DNA from: Eledone cirrhosa
Lineage: Eukaryota
Length of the DNA: 64,000 bases
Assembly: GCA_964016885.1 (NCBI GenBank)
Contig: OZ024742.1
Span: forward strand, 134,664,001-134,728,000
Reading direction: 5' to 3'
Each line of letters begins with the position of its first letter. Within the stretch, counting starts at the first letter, position 1. A program made the position numbers and the translations under genes. Shown here piece by piece: positions 14,916-27,779 of the stretch. Below the pieces are notes generated by a model. The model saw nothing but the letters and a program-made list of their open reading frames with translations. It was not told the origin of the DNA and ran no database searches.

Positions 14916-15614
14916 ATGATTGAACATTTGTAAGTATATACTTTCCTTATGCATATTAACGGCTGAGCAGCCCAATTTGCATATCGAGTGAGTTAGTCGG
15001 CCGAGCGTACCGAAAACGATAAGTGGAAAAGAATGAAACGAAATTTTATTTCTCATTCTTAGTAGGGGTGATACTTAAATATAAGTATGTATACGTACAT
15101 ACATATATGTATACAGATGTACAGTAGTATGTATATATATATACATACATGCACACATATGTATATATATATATATGTACGTATGGGTTTACCGAATATT
15201 TATTATAATGTTCGGTTTGTTTGTAAACAATCAGCCCGAATTACGCCGTACACTCGATATGCAAATATGCATGAGGAATGTATATATTTTCAAACGTTCA
15301 ATCTTCTGACTGGCTTTTAAAGTGATTTCATTCAGTATTAAGCGATCTAGAATACAGACCGAAAGGTAGTCCCCCTCAAAACTAAAGATTCAGCAGCCGT
15401 TGGTATTGGTTTTATGAGTTGAATTTATTAGTACATCAGGTCAAGTGAGAGTATGATATGAAGGTGCAAGAAGTCCAGTTCATGGAAAATAGCTCTATCG
15501 TAAAATAATTTCAAATCTCGACTTACCATTACACAGTCTCTTTGAAAGCAGAATTAAACGAGTCACGCCGGAGACAGAGGTTAGATACCCCGCCGGGGAG
15601 GCTTTCATTATTTA

Positions 15615-15832
15615 GGGCGGTGAATTGGCAATATCGGTAGAGGGTCAGACGCCATGCTGTGCAGCATAGAGTTACGGCCCTTTATGATCTGATTTCAAAT
15701 CCCGCCGAGTCAAAGTTTCCCTTTCATCCTTACCGGGGTCAATAAAATAAAGTACCAGTCACGCAGTGGGGTCGAGTGAATTGACTTTATCCTCCCCTCA
15801 AAAATGGCTGGCCTTGTGCCTATATTAGAAAC
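15615..15832 (+). mobile_element. Same SINE family, longer and more diverged subfamily
   Basis: Same head and core; extra segment before the GGCCTTGTGCC tail; short CATTATTT direct repeat on both sides. Confidence 0.85.
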
Positions 15833-16738
15833 CATTATTTCAATACTTGTCACAGCGATATCTAAAGTCCATTTGAATATTGAGATAATACAATACCGTT
15901 ATCCAGGGCGTAATAAAAATCTATTTCAATAGTAGAACTATCTTTCCAGCCCCCGCATTCTCCCCCACCTCATATTCAATGTTCCTAATCTATCTCCAGC
16001 GGAATTTTATTTTATGTGGTAGAATTTCTGCGACACTGATTTTCTTTATAGATTAAAAAAACATTATTCATGACAAAAAAAATAAATTACTAGACATCGC
16101 ATACGTTATAAAATAAATAGGATGGTTTGTGGTCTCAATATGTAAATTAGCGACTAATTCTGTTCTTTAAAAAAATCAACGGAAACAACCAAAAAAAATT
16201 ATCGATTTTCTAAGCCTCCGCACACCCTTTTTGGGTGGACCCAAGAGTACTATATTTAGAATTATAGAAATAGCAAATATTACATAAATCACCATTTCAA
16301 ATAGCTTCTTAAGAATATAATTTACTATTCATATATTTTTAAAGAAACGTTATTTCGGTAGTGTACATGGCGGTATCTAATGTTCCTTTGGAAATAGAGT
16401 GATGAGATTTGACGAAAGATCATTGCAACACTGGTCGTACCAGTATTGGTAAAAATATTATCTCAAAACCTGGATGTCCCGGTAGACATAAAGATTTTTC
16501 ATTTTGTGGGAAGAAAAGTAATTTGAATCGACCCCAGTCTTTTACTGAAACTTTATTTGATCAAATCCGTAATGATGAAAGGCAAAGATAACCTCAGCGG
16601 TACGTCATCTCAGGATATAAAGGAACGTAACTTTATGCCCAAAGCTCGAGATTTGTCCTAGAGCTTTCGTTGCAGGTGATAAGGAACGTGTCTGTAATTG
16701 TTTAGATAAGATATTTTCATTCATTTTAGTAATATAAT

Positions 16739-16867
16739 TGTTTCTACTTTAGGCACAAGGCCAGCAATCACTCAGTGCATTACTGGTAGTTTATGTTATC
16801 GACCTCGTAAGGATGAAAGGCAAAGTCAACCTCGGCGGGATTTCAACTCAGATCGTAAAGGGACGTA
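16739..16867 (-). mobile_element. 5'-truncated SINE with 16-bp TSD
   Basis: Reverse complement of SINE core and tail. ATTTTAGTAATATAAT at 16723-16738 and 16868-16883. Confidence 0.85.
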
Positions 16868-17388
16868 ATTTTAGTAATATAATATGCCCCTAAATGACTC
16901 TTAATTATGAATGCTTTTTGGCAGATATTTCCTGCTATGCGCATACCTCTTCATGTCATAGGCAAACAGAAGCGTCGTGTTATTTCTTAACTCCACGTGC
17001 ATTTTGGCCAAGCCTTAAATTTGCTTAGAAGTGGGAGTTCATATGGATTAAGCTCTCTATCGCTGATGATCCTAGCTTACAATTTTTAACTACCCCATTC
17101 GAAGGTGTAACTCTTGCCATTAAGGACTTTGTACGAGAGAAATAATTATTTGGTTTCCTGTTTGTATTGTTTGATTACTTAACACATTATTTCTATACTC
17201 CTCCTTTCTAATTTATATATTCCCATATTTATTTGGAAATTATCTCCTGTGTATTGTTTGATGTATTCCTATATATGGCATTCGCTCTTGAAATTATTTG
17301 ATTAATAGCTTAGAATGTGTTCTAGAGATTTCATTGCAGGTGAAATGGCACGTGTCTGTAATTCTTCAGGCACAATACCTTCATTAAG

Positions 17389-17430
<42 letters not shown>

Positions 17431-17460
17431 AAATGTGTGTAATCCTTGGTACAGTTAGGT

Positions 17461-17723
17461 ATATTAAGACAGGGGGGAAGAAAAAATGGCTTCACTTGTG
17501 CTTTCAACATATTTATTTTCTTCACAAAATCAAAAAATAATTTTTTTCTGGATTAGAAAAAAATTTTTTCTTCAAAAAAAATTATTTTATAAATTTTAAT
17601 TCATAAAATAATTTTTTTTAAGAAAAAATTTTTTTCTAATCCGGAAAAAAATTATTTTTGGATTTTGTGACGAAAATAAATTTGTTGAAAGCACAAGTGA
17701 AGCCATTTTTTCTTCCCCCTGTC

Positions 17724-17730
<7 letters not shown>
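17461..17730. repeat. Near-perfect ~270 bp palindrome (foldback) between (TA)n tracts
   Basis: ATATTAAGACAGGGGGAAGAAAAAATGGC... mirrors ...GCCATTTTTTCTTCCCCCTGTCTTAATAT. Centre at 17596-17597. Confidence 0.9.
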
Positions 17731-17794
<64 letters not shown>

Positions 17795-18415
17795 TAAATC
17801 ATGTCTATAAAATTATTAGATAGATAAAATATATATCATTTCTTCTTCCAATCAGCATAATTAACCATATAAAAAATCAATTAGACCAAGCTATAAGGAT
17901 AAAGGCTCCTATGGAGAAATCTCCGACAAACAAACGAAAGTGGCCTCTTCGCGGTGGCCTCAATTGAGTATTTATCCAACATTTCGACAACATGTAGAAA
18001 CTGAACAAATATACAATCAACCATACACAATTTGGTGTAAATTCAAACTTAGAAGAAATGTGTACATACCGTAACTATATCTCTACCATGGTTTCATCCG
18101 TATTTTTAGATATCCAATTAATAGGAAATCCACAGAGTTCGGATTCATCAGGAAACAAACTCAAAAATAGACACTTAGTATTCCAAAGCGATCGGCCAAA
18201 ATTAGATTCGAAAATTGCTTAGAATCACAATATGGCCGTGGTCAAGTTGGAAAGTATGTGATTGGTTGCTTACGGCAGGTAGGCTTGTTGCTAGAAAGCG
18301 CAGCCAAATATCGCCAAATTGCATCTCAACCTAACGGGAGATTATTAAATATAAAGGTTCACATATACATAAAGTTATATATGTTACAATCGGTCATGAA
18401 GATATAATAAATTAA

Positions 18416-18526
<111 letters not shown>

Positions 18527-18534
18527 ATATTTAT

Positions 18535-20335
18535 AGTGAAAGAGTGAAGAATAACATGGTCAACAGAACACATGAGCACCAGAAATAATTGAACCGAATA
18601 CTAATATAAGGACCCCTAGGAATTATAGAAGATCCAGAGATAGAAAATACTTATGGTTCAATCCAATATTTAACTCTTCTATAAAAACCAAACTACCTTC
18701 TATATTCTTTAAATTAATTGACAAGCACTTCCTTAAACTAGAAATACTATCAAACTATCTTACTCTACTGCAACCAACATAGAATCACACATGCAGAAAA
18801 TTAACTGTAAAAGAATCTCTAATAAAAATAGCCTTCAAACAAACGCCATAACACCAAATACAAAACATTACACATAACAACATCACAACCGCGTCAGAAC
18901 ACATCACAACAGTACATCAACAAACCTAAATCTCAGCCCATACATAACAACATACAAAACCACATCGCTGAACCAGCACGCAGGAAGGCCTCACAATGTA
19001 TCTGTTACTTACCTGATAAGTGCTCACTACAAAATAGATGCATTGACTCTAATACAGTGTACCTATGTACTATAAATTCAGGCAAATTAGCATGGCACTA
19101 CATAGGTTCTACGGCGGGGGAATTTAAAAAATGAATACAACAACGCTCTCCAATAAAATCTGGCAGCTCAAAGATACAAATCAAGAATACAAGATTAACT
19201 GGTATAAATTGTCAGGGGCAATGGCCTACAACATTGGTATGTCCCACTGTAGACTTTGTAATATGGAATTATTCCATATTTTAAAATATGACAAAATGCT
19301 GATTAACAGCAAAATTGAACGGTCAATTTTCTGTAGACATAAAGCAGCAAATAAATTCCATAATTTCAAACAAACTTGATTCGTCCCAACAATTCCATAA
19401 TTCAAATTATACCACCTGAGTCTATTATAATAACCCATTATCATCATTGTTGTTATTATTGTTAATAACTGTCAATGAATCAACATCATAACCTATCATA
19501 TTTTCTCTCTTTCATTTTCTATCTTTCAATTTATTTCCCTAAATATATTTCATTTCTTACATTATAACCTATCGTATTATCTCCACTTCTAATATAACTT
19601 CCAATTTATTAATTTATTAATTTAAATAATATATATATGAATATATTTAATACTTTCATGTTTATACTATCATATCTTTATATGTTAACCACCAATATCA
19701 CAACTATTTTAACCACCAATACCATTATATCTTTATATTTTCATGACCACAGCTATTTTCAACAATCAACGATCATATCATGTTCCTTTTCTTCGCACAC
19801 ATATAAACATTTTTTATTTTTTTAATTTATTTGTTATCATCTTCGCTATAACTTACTTATTATTATTCATTCATTATCACTACTTTTATTTTTTCTCTCT
19901 ATTTTTCTTTTTCTTTTTTTTTCTTTAGAATTTTTTCTTCTTTCTTTTTTTTATTTATTAATGATGTAATTTGAATTTGCAAGCGTTGTGTATAATTTTA
20001 AACAGTTTTGCTGATGATTTAGTTAAGCATACATCGTATTTAAAATTCATAATCACAACTTCACGTGATTAGCAATTTTAAGACAACTTAACCATTGAAA
20101 CAATTGTTAATACTGTAAATGAAACCCTTTTAGTAATGTTGACCATGTTATTCTTCATTCTTTCACTATTATTACTCCAGGATTAACTTACATAGGAACT
20201 CCCGAGAACACATATACTCGCTACCTAAGGAAACCTATTGCTGAGTCAAACAACGACGTACGCTAAAACTATCCACAATACGGAGTATTCACAACCTCTA
20301 ACTGGATTACCTATAACGATAACTAGTTATCCTTT
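18535..20335 (+). mobile_element. Decayed 5'-truncated Naiad-type PLE with short inverted terminal segment
   Basis: RKYLWFNPIFNSSIKTKLPSIFFKLIDKHF; CICYLPDKCSLQNRCIDSNTVYLCTINSGKLAWHYIGST; TTLSNKIWQLKD...YKINWYKL...CRLCNMEL...LINSKIE...FCRHK (ORF 19131-19379). 18536-18565 is the reverse complement of 20137-20166. (TA)n on both sides. Confidence 0.85.
20002..20116 (+). ncRNA. Hammerhead-like motif with long stem II in PLE 3' end (probably decayed)
   Basis: ACAGTTTTG-CTGATGA(20011-20017)-[GTTAAG..TTAAAATT..TAATCAC/GTGATTA..AATTTTAA..CTTAAC]-GAAA(20097-20100)-CAATTG-T-TAATACTGT. Palindromic stem III ACAATTGT; stem I register is off by one base. Confidence 0.6.
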
Positions 20336-20359
20336 ATATATATATATATATATATATAT

Positions 20360-20560
20360 ATTCGTTAGTAAACAAACGGCCCAATTTGGAACTGTGCTGC
20401 GTGGGTGACCGATCGTCACCTGTTTGTTCAATACTGGCTATTGGGAATCGTTACATACCATCAAGGGATTTGGGCCAGTGCAAAAGAGGAGCAGACATTG
20501 CTAGTAAATCTACGTAATATTTGTACCTTTGCAATTATATCTATTAAATATCCGATTCAT
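20360..20560 (-). repeat. Diverged partial monomer related to the 13.8-15.3 kb array
   Basis: GTAAACAAACGGCCC...ATCGTCACCTGTTTGTTCAATACTGG matches GTAAACAAACAGCCC...ATCGTCGCCTTTTTGTTAAACACTGA. It is also an inverted homolog of 21786-22000. Confidence 0.65.
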
Positions 20561-20575
20561 AATTTATGATTATAT

Positions 20576-20614
<39 letters not shown>

Positions 20615-21785
20615 GAGTGAATGATGGGGAGGTAACATAGTGGGTGGTTATGTCCGAAGTTGGTAGACCACTTAGTACAAAGGACGAGTTGAATAATCAT
20701 TTAGGTGAAACGAGTGTTCTAAAGTATGTTTGGTTAATTTTTCAAACAAGCATGGAAACAAAATCCTATTGTGTCAACAATATTAATGTTGACACAGCTA
20801 AGGTCATCACTAAGAGAGACAGAAAGAAAACTACATACAAAAATGTGAACATTTCTACACTAACTCTAATATAAACATTTTTCAATGCTACTAACTTGTC
20901 TTATTTTACTTATATTATTCGCATTACATAACAGTTATACATCCTATCATTACGCATTTATTTTTACCATAATGCATGCCATTTTTAACATTATGTATGT
21001 AATAAGCTTGATATATTCACTTTATTCTTCACCTCACGCATTCTTTTATTAATATGCTGTATATTTTGCTTTATATACCCTTATAATAACACCTTTCAAT
21101 GCTACGATATATTTTTACTGTAATATGTATTGGCTTGATACCTTTTTGCACCTGTATTACCTTTATGCAAACTTTCTCTATAATATGCTTAATATAATCA
21201 CTTTCAAGTATTAACATCTTCAAAACAGCTCCCAATATATTGCTATCTGTTGTCTGGAAGAAACGATCGTCAACAATTAAATGTATTAAGCGAAAATTTG
21301 ATTATTTAATATGTTGTATATCTGCTCTGTAATACATCTGATGATTTACATTGAGCTATTTCTCTTACTGGTAATAGCGTGGTGCAGCATAATACCCTTT
21401 CATATTTATAATTATATATAACTCATATATAAGTGTAAATAATATTATTAGTATATATATATATATATAGAGATAGAGAGATAGATATATAGATACATAG
21501 ATAGATAGATAACTTTCTATTTATTTGCAACCAGGGCATAAAAGATTGGAACAAATACAAGGGGGCGAAGCTTACATACGTTTAAAGGACGTGTAACAAA
21601 TATAACAAGATTCAACAATCGAAGTCCTCAATAGGTTGACGTGGGTCGAACACCCCCCCCCCCCCCCGAACACATGTACAAGCCTCCTCCTCAGTAGATA
21701 GATAGATAGATAGATAGATACAAATACATCACACTACGGAGCACTCACAAAATATGTATGCATATTTTATGTATGTTCTCATGGA

Positions 21786-22028
21786 TTCATAGTCGGCTAT
21801 TTAATAGATATAATTGCAAAGGTACAATTATTACGTTGAATTACTACCAAGGTCTGGACCTGTTTTGCACTGGCGCAAATCCCTTGATGGTACGTAGCTA
21901 TTCCCAAGGTCCCCATATAGCCATTATTGAACAAATAGGAGACGATCGGTCACCGGCACTGCACGGTTACAAATTGGGCCCTTTGTTTACTAACGAATCG
22001 AAAATTATTATTGATGTTCGATATAACC

Positions 22029-22115
<87 letters not shown>

Positions 22116-22117
22116 GT

Positions 22118-22208
<91 letters not shown>

Positions 22209-22546
22209 AGTACGTGTGCATACTTACGTTTATGTGCTAGGGCAAGAAATACATTTCTAACTTTATTTTTAATATTCGGCAAGGCCAGACCTAACTCACA
22301 CGTTATGGAAGTGAGACTATTAAGCCGATGTGGACACACGAAAATGGTATATATTTTCAACCGTTCAACAGACTGGAAAAGGTATAGAGTCCTAATGCAG
22401 GGTAATGACCCAGAAACCTGTTGATTGTTCCTCAAAACCAGTGTTGAACAATCAGGTGACGATCGGTCACCGGCACATCTTCAAATCGGACCGTGTGTTT
22501 CCAAACGAATCAAACATTATTAGTAAGTTTCGGTATACTCCATACG

Positions 22547-22547
<1 letters not shown>
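21786..22547 (+). repeat. Two tandem diverged monomers of the same retrozyme-like family, separated by (TA)n(TG)n
   Basis: 22215-22547 aligns along its length to the reverse complement of an array unit (ATACTTAC..., CTAACTCAC, GTATATA..TTCAA, AAGGTATA, HHR, CAGTGTT.AACAA..AGG.GACGAT.GG, CCATACGTA). 21930-22037 shares the 3' half. Confidence 0.7.
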
Positions 22548-22599
<52 letters not shown>

Positions 22600-22602
<3 letters not shown>

Positions 22603-25600
22603 GGTTTGAAGGTTCACCACTGCTGTATAGAGCTGGTCAATTCCGTATCGTCAATCTTAATGTAATAATATTGAGAATACTCAACGTAAAGCAGTTCAAC
22701 CGTCTTCGTTTTTGTAGTTGGTGGTGCTAGTACGGAGTTAAATATTATAATAAAATAGCGGGAGGCTGGACTTGTATTAAATCCTTAAAAGGTTAATTAT
22801 ACAATGATCATTTCAATGAATGGGTTCCGTATGAATCCGGTGGTATCATAAGGTATTCGAAATATAATAAATGAATATAATAGATCAAATCCATGGGCTG
22901 AGAATCATAGACTCGAGGACGACCGACCATCTAGCATCCTCCACTTTAGCCGGTCGCCCTCAAGTGCTGGCTATTCGGTCTACTTGAGGCTATCTGGTCA
23001 GGGGGCTAAAGCTTGTAGCGTGCTACTAACCTCACGGTCAAATAGAAGAAAAACAGAAAGGAAGAGGAAGACAAGTCAGCGTTAATATCATGCTACAAGA
23101 AAAAAGACAGAAAGAAAGAGGAAGAAAAGGAAGAAGAAGAAAAGTCCGTACTGATGTCATGCTACAATCTAGCCGGGAATGCCGCGAAAAAATGTATTCT
23201 AAAGGACTGTATCTTAACAGAGGTATATATTATAACAGAGGTAAATATAGTGGGGGTCTGCATGTTATAATGTGTGAGCAGAACATTGGAACGTTGAATT
23301 TGTGTTTAGATTTATAGGATGAAGTTAAAAAATTTAAAAATTTAAAATTAACATTATAAAATAAAAAAAAATTATAAAATTGAAAATTAAACAGTTTACA
23401 ATTTTTAAGGTTTTGGTTTGCGAGATTTAGTTAAAGAAAGAGTCTTTTATGAAGAAACTTTAATAGTATTATAGAGTAAGATTATGTACTTGTTTAGCAG
23501 TCAATCAGCATATGCGGCGACTGCAGACTCCGGTCAGCCATCCTAACCGCGTGTCAGCCATTCCGAGTGAGATCGCCTAGCGAAAGATATGGAAATCAAT
23601 TTTACCAAGCACTCTAGGAATGTATATCAGGCTAAAGGTGTGCTAGTGGAAAGTCAGCCCTCGTCGTTAGGCCATCCGTGTACCAAACTAGTACTATTAA
23701 TTTAGCCAGGAGGGAGATTTGTTTAAGTAGAGGGAGGCATGATACATAGTTATGATTAATAGTTATGATTAGTTCTAGAATTTAAAGGTACTATATGGCG
23801 GTCAAAAAACGGATGTTCGTCGGGCTCCTGGGACGAATCATCCGCTCCGAGTAATTTCATTTACCGAAAGAAGGGGAAATTTATTTTTCCAAGCACTCAA
23901 TGTAGGCCCATGCGCCAGGAGGCCGGTCTCGCAGCCAGGAAAACCAACCCAACAGTCCGACAGAAAATTGGAACGTTAAACTTTTGCTTAGATTTATAGG
24001 ATGAAGTTATAAAATTAAAGATTAACATTATAAAATTAAAGAATTAGGAAATTGAAAATTAAACAGTTTAAACATTTTTTAAAGGTTTTGGGTTGCGAGA
24101 TTTAGTTAAAGAGAGAGTTTTTTATGAAGAAACTTTAATTGTATTATAGAGATCCTCTATAAGTTATGCTAGTGGGATGGAGAGTAAAGAATATGTCCTT
24201 GTTTAGCAGTCAGACAGCATGTGGCGACTGCAGACCCCGGCCAGCCCATCCTAATCACAGGTCAGCCATTCCGAGTGAGATCGCCTAGCGAAAGATATGG
24301 AAATCAATTATTCCAAGCACTCAAGGATTGTATTCCTGGCTTCGGGTGTGCTAGTGGGGAGTCTACTTAAACAAATCCCCCTCCTGTATAAATTAATAGT
24401 ACTCGTTTGATATAACGATGTCGTAACGACGATGGCTGACTCCCCACTAGCACACCCGAAGCCTGTAATGCATTCCTTGAGTGCTTGAAATAATTGATTT
24501 CCATATCTTTCGCTAGGCGATCTCACTCGGAATGGCTGACATGTGATTAGGATGGGCTGGCCGGGGTCTGCAGTCGCCACATGCTGTCTGACTGCTTAAC
24601 AAGGACATATTCTTTACTCTACATCCCACTAGGATAACTTATAGAGGATCTCTATAATACAATTGAAGTTTCTTCATGAAAGACTCTCTCTTTAACTAAA
24701 CCTCGCAATCCCAAACCTTAAAAAATGTTTTAAACTGTTAAACTGTTTAATTTTCAATTTTCTAATTGTTTAATTTTCAATTTGCTAACTCTTTAATTTT
24801 TTTAACTTCATCCTATAAATCTAAACACAAATTTAACGTTCCAATTTTCTGTCGGACTGTTGGGTTGGTTTTCCTGGCTACGGGACCGGCCTCTTGGCGC
24901 ACTTTGAGTGCTTGGAAAATCAAATTTCTCCTTCTTTGGGTAAATGAAATTAATCGGAGCGGTTGATTCGCCCCAAGGGGCCGACGCGCATCCGTTATTT
25001 GACCGCCATATAGTATCTTTAAATTCTAGACCTAATCATAACTATTAGATGTATCATGCCACCCTCTACTTAAACAAATCCCCCTCCTGGGTAAATTAAT
25101 AGTACTATGTTGGTACAAGGATGGCCTAACGACGAGGGCTGACTTCACACTAGCACACCTTCAGCCTGATATACATTCCTAGAGTGCTTGGTAAAATTGA
25201 TTTCCATATCTTTTGCTAGGCGATCTCACTCGGAATGGCTGAAATGCGGTTAGGATGGGCTGGCCGGAGTCTACAATCACCGCATGCTCTTTGTCTGCTA
25301 AACAAGGACATAATCTTTACTCTATAATACTATTGACATTTGTTCATAAAAGACTCCTTCTTTAACTAAACCTCGCAACCCAAAACCTTAAAAATGTCAT
25401 ACTGTTTAATTTTCAATTTTCTAATTTTTTTAATTTTATAATGTTAATCTTAAATTTTTTTATTTTTGAAACTTCATCCTATAAATCTAAACAAAATTTT
25501 AACGTTCCACTGTTCTGCTCACACATTATAACATGCAGACCCCCACTATATTTACCTCTGTTTTAATATCTACCTCTGTTAAGATACGGGTCCTTTAAAA

Positions 25601-26105
25601 TACATTTTTTCGCGGCATTCCCGGCCTGATTGTAGCATGATATCAGTACGGACTTTTCTTCCACTTTCTTTCTGTCTTTCTTCTTGTAGCTTGACATTAA
25701 CGCTGACTTTTCTTCTTCTTCCTGTTTTTCCTCTTTCTTTCTGTCTTTTTTCTTGTAGCATGATATTAACGCTGACTTGTCTTCCTCTTCCTTCCTGTTT
25801 TTCTTCTATTTGACCGTGAGGTTAGTAGCACGCTACAAGCTTTAGCCCCCTGATCAGATAGCCTCAAGTAGACCGAATAGCCAGCACTTGAGGGCGACCG
25901 GCTAAAGTGGAGGATGCTAGATAGTCGGTCGTCCTCGGGTCTATGATTCTCAGCCCCATGGATTTGATCTATTATATTCATTTATTATATTTTGAATACC
26001 TGATGATATCACCGGATTCATACGGAACCCATTCATTGAAATGATCATAGTATAATAAACCTTTCAAGGATTTACACAAGTCCAGCCTCCTGTTATTTTA
26101 TTATT
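22600..26105. mobile_element. Non-coding palindromic element (arms ~1.6 kb) with terminal hammerheads; probable non-autonomous PLE derivative
   Basis: ~22746-24363 is the reverse complement of ~24439-26105. Each arm has an internal diverged direct duplication (~23285-23760 vs ~23965-24363). (TA)n on both sides. Confidence 0.8.
25981..26059 (+). ncRNA. Type I hammerhead ribozyme at the outer end of the right arm
   Basis: TTTATT..ATAC-CTGATGA(26000-26006)-[stem II]-GAAA-TGATCA-T-A-GTAT-AATAAA. Palindromic stem III ATGATCAT; AUA cleavage after 26049. The mirror copy at ~22792-22871 (-) has CTTATGA (G5 lost). Confidence 0.7.
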
Positions 26106-26141
26106 ATATATATATATACATATATGTGTGTGTGAGTGTCC

Positions 26142-26190
<49 letters not shown>

Positions 26191-26454
26191 CGTGCGTAAG
26201 TGCATGTGTGTGTGTGTGTGCGTGTGACTATGTGCGTGCGTAAATATGTTTTTATGTGCATATAGTGAATCGTGCCTAACATGATAAGGGTCTGACAGAA
26301 CGTAGGAGTGAGGCACTGAGAAACAGATGAATTGACCTTAAACCTTGAGGCCAGTTAACATTATCGGCTTGTTGAGATGATACCAATCAATTGCCATCTC
26401 TACTAGATTCAATTCCTTGTCCCTTTCCCCTCCGCGCAGTTTCTTCTCCCTCTG

Positions 26455-26498
<44 letters not shown>

Positions 26499-26544
26499 CA
26501 TGTGTGACTGTGTGTCTGTGTGTCTGTGTGTCTGTGTATATGCA

Positions 26545-26578
<34 letters not shown>

Positions 26579-26607
26579 CAAATATAAATATATACATACA
26601 CACACAG

Positions 26608-26751
<144 letters not shown>

Positions 26752-26764
26752 TATACATATACAT

Positions 26765-26865
<101 letters not shown>

Positions 26866-26880
26866 TATACATATACATAT

Positions 26881-26929
<49 letters not shown>

Positions 26930-26988
26930 TATTTAAATATATATATATATATATATATAGATAGATAGATAGATATAGATATATATGC

Positions 26989-27024
<36 letters not shown>

Positions 27025-27506
27025 GCATATATGCGGAACAACCAATACGATATGTCCGTTTCTTATCATTTCCCAACATCCAACCATTTCAGCATTTGCA
27101 TGGTTTCTTCGACGTCACATTTATTCCCTAGTCATCTGCACATTGATCGTAAAACTAACCAGCTTGGGGATACTAAAATTATCAATTCCTATATTCTAAG
27201 AGAATGCTGTTACTGAAACACTCGTTGTTAATGTTGTTTTCTGTTGTGTTTGTTTCCATTATTTTCCTAGTTGATGGTGCTATTGTTACAGACATTAATT
27301 TTTGTGATATTTCTTTTTTTTATTTTGGATACTTCCATATTTTTAATATGTTTATCTACATTATCTACGTTATGTATTTACGTGTACAATTATCTGTTTA
27401 TCATTTTCTATATTTATGGTTTTAATAATATTTGGTTCCTTATGTGTATATTATTTTTTTAATGATGCACTCTTATTAATTTGATTATTCCGTACATCGG
27501 TTAGTT

Positions 27507-27636
<130 letters not shown>

Positions 27637-27779
27637 ACAGAGAGTAGAACTCAACTGAGGTTCGCTTCGTAACAATGTAATTATTGCCTCAGTAACTTTG
27701 TGCGACAATATGGACATTTGATTTCTACTACAACCCCGGTTGTGATTTAATAGGAAGAAGCTGCAGACTCTCGTCCTGT

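Larger units (their letters stand above)
13761..15310 (-). repeat. Tandem array of ~400-435 bp hammerhead-containing monomers (retrozyme-like), 3 full plus 1 partial unit, ending in a short inverted segment
   Basis: Units start at ~13761, 14206, 14643 and 15076 (TAAATGTAAGTATGTATACG). Each full unit has one HHR on the minus strand. 15251-15310 is the reverse complement of an internal unit segment. Confidence 0.85.
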
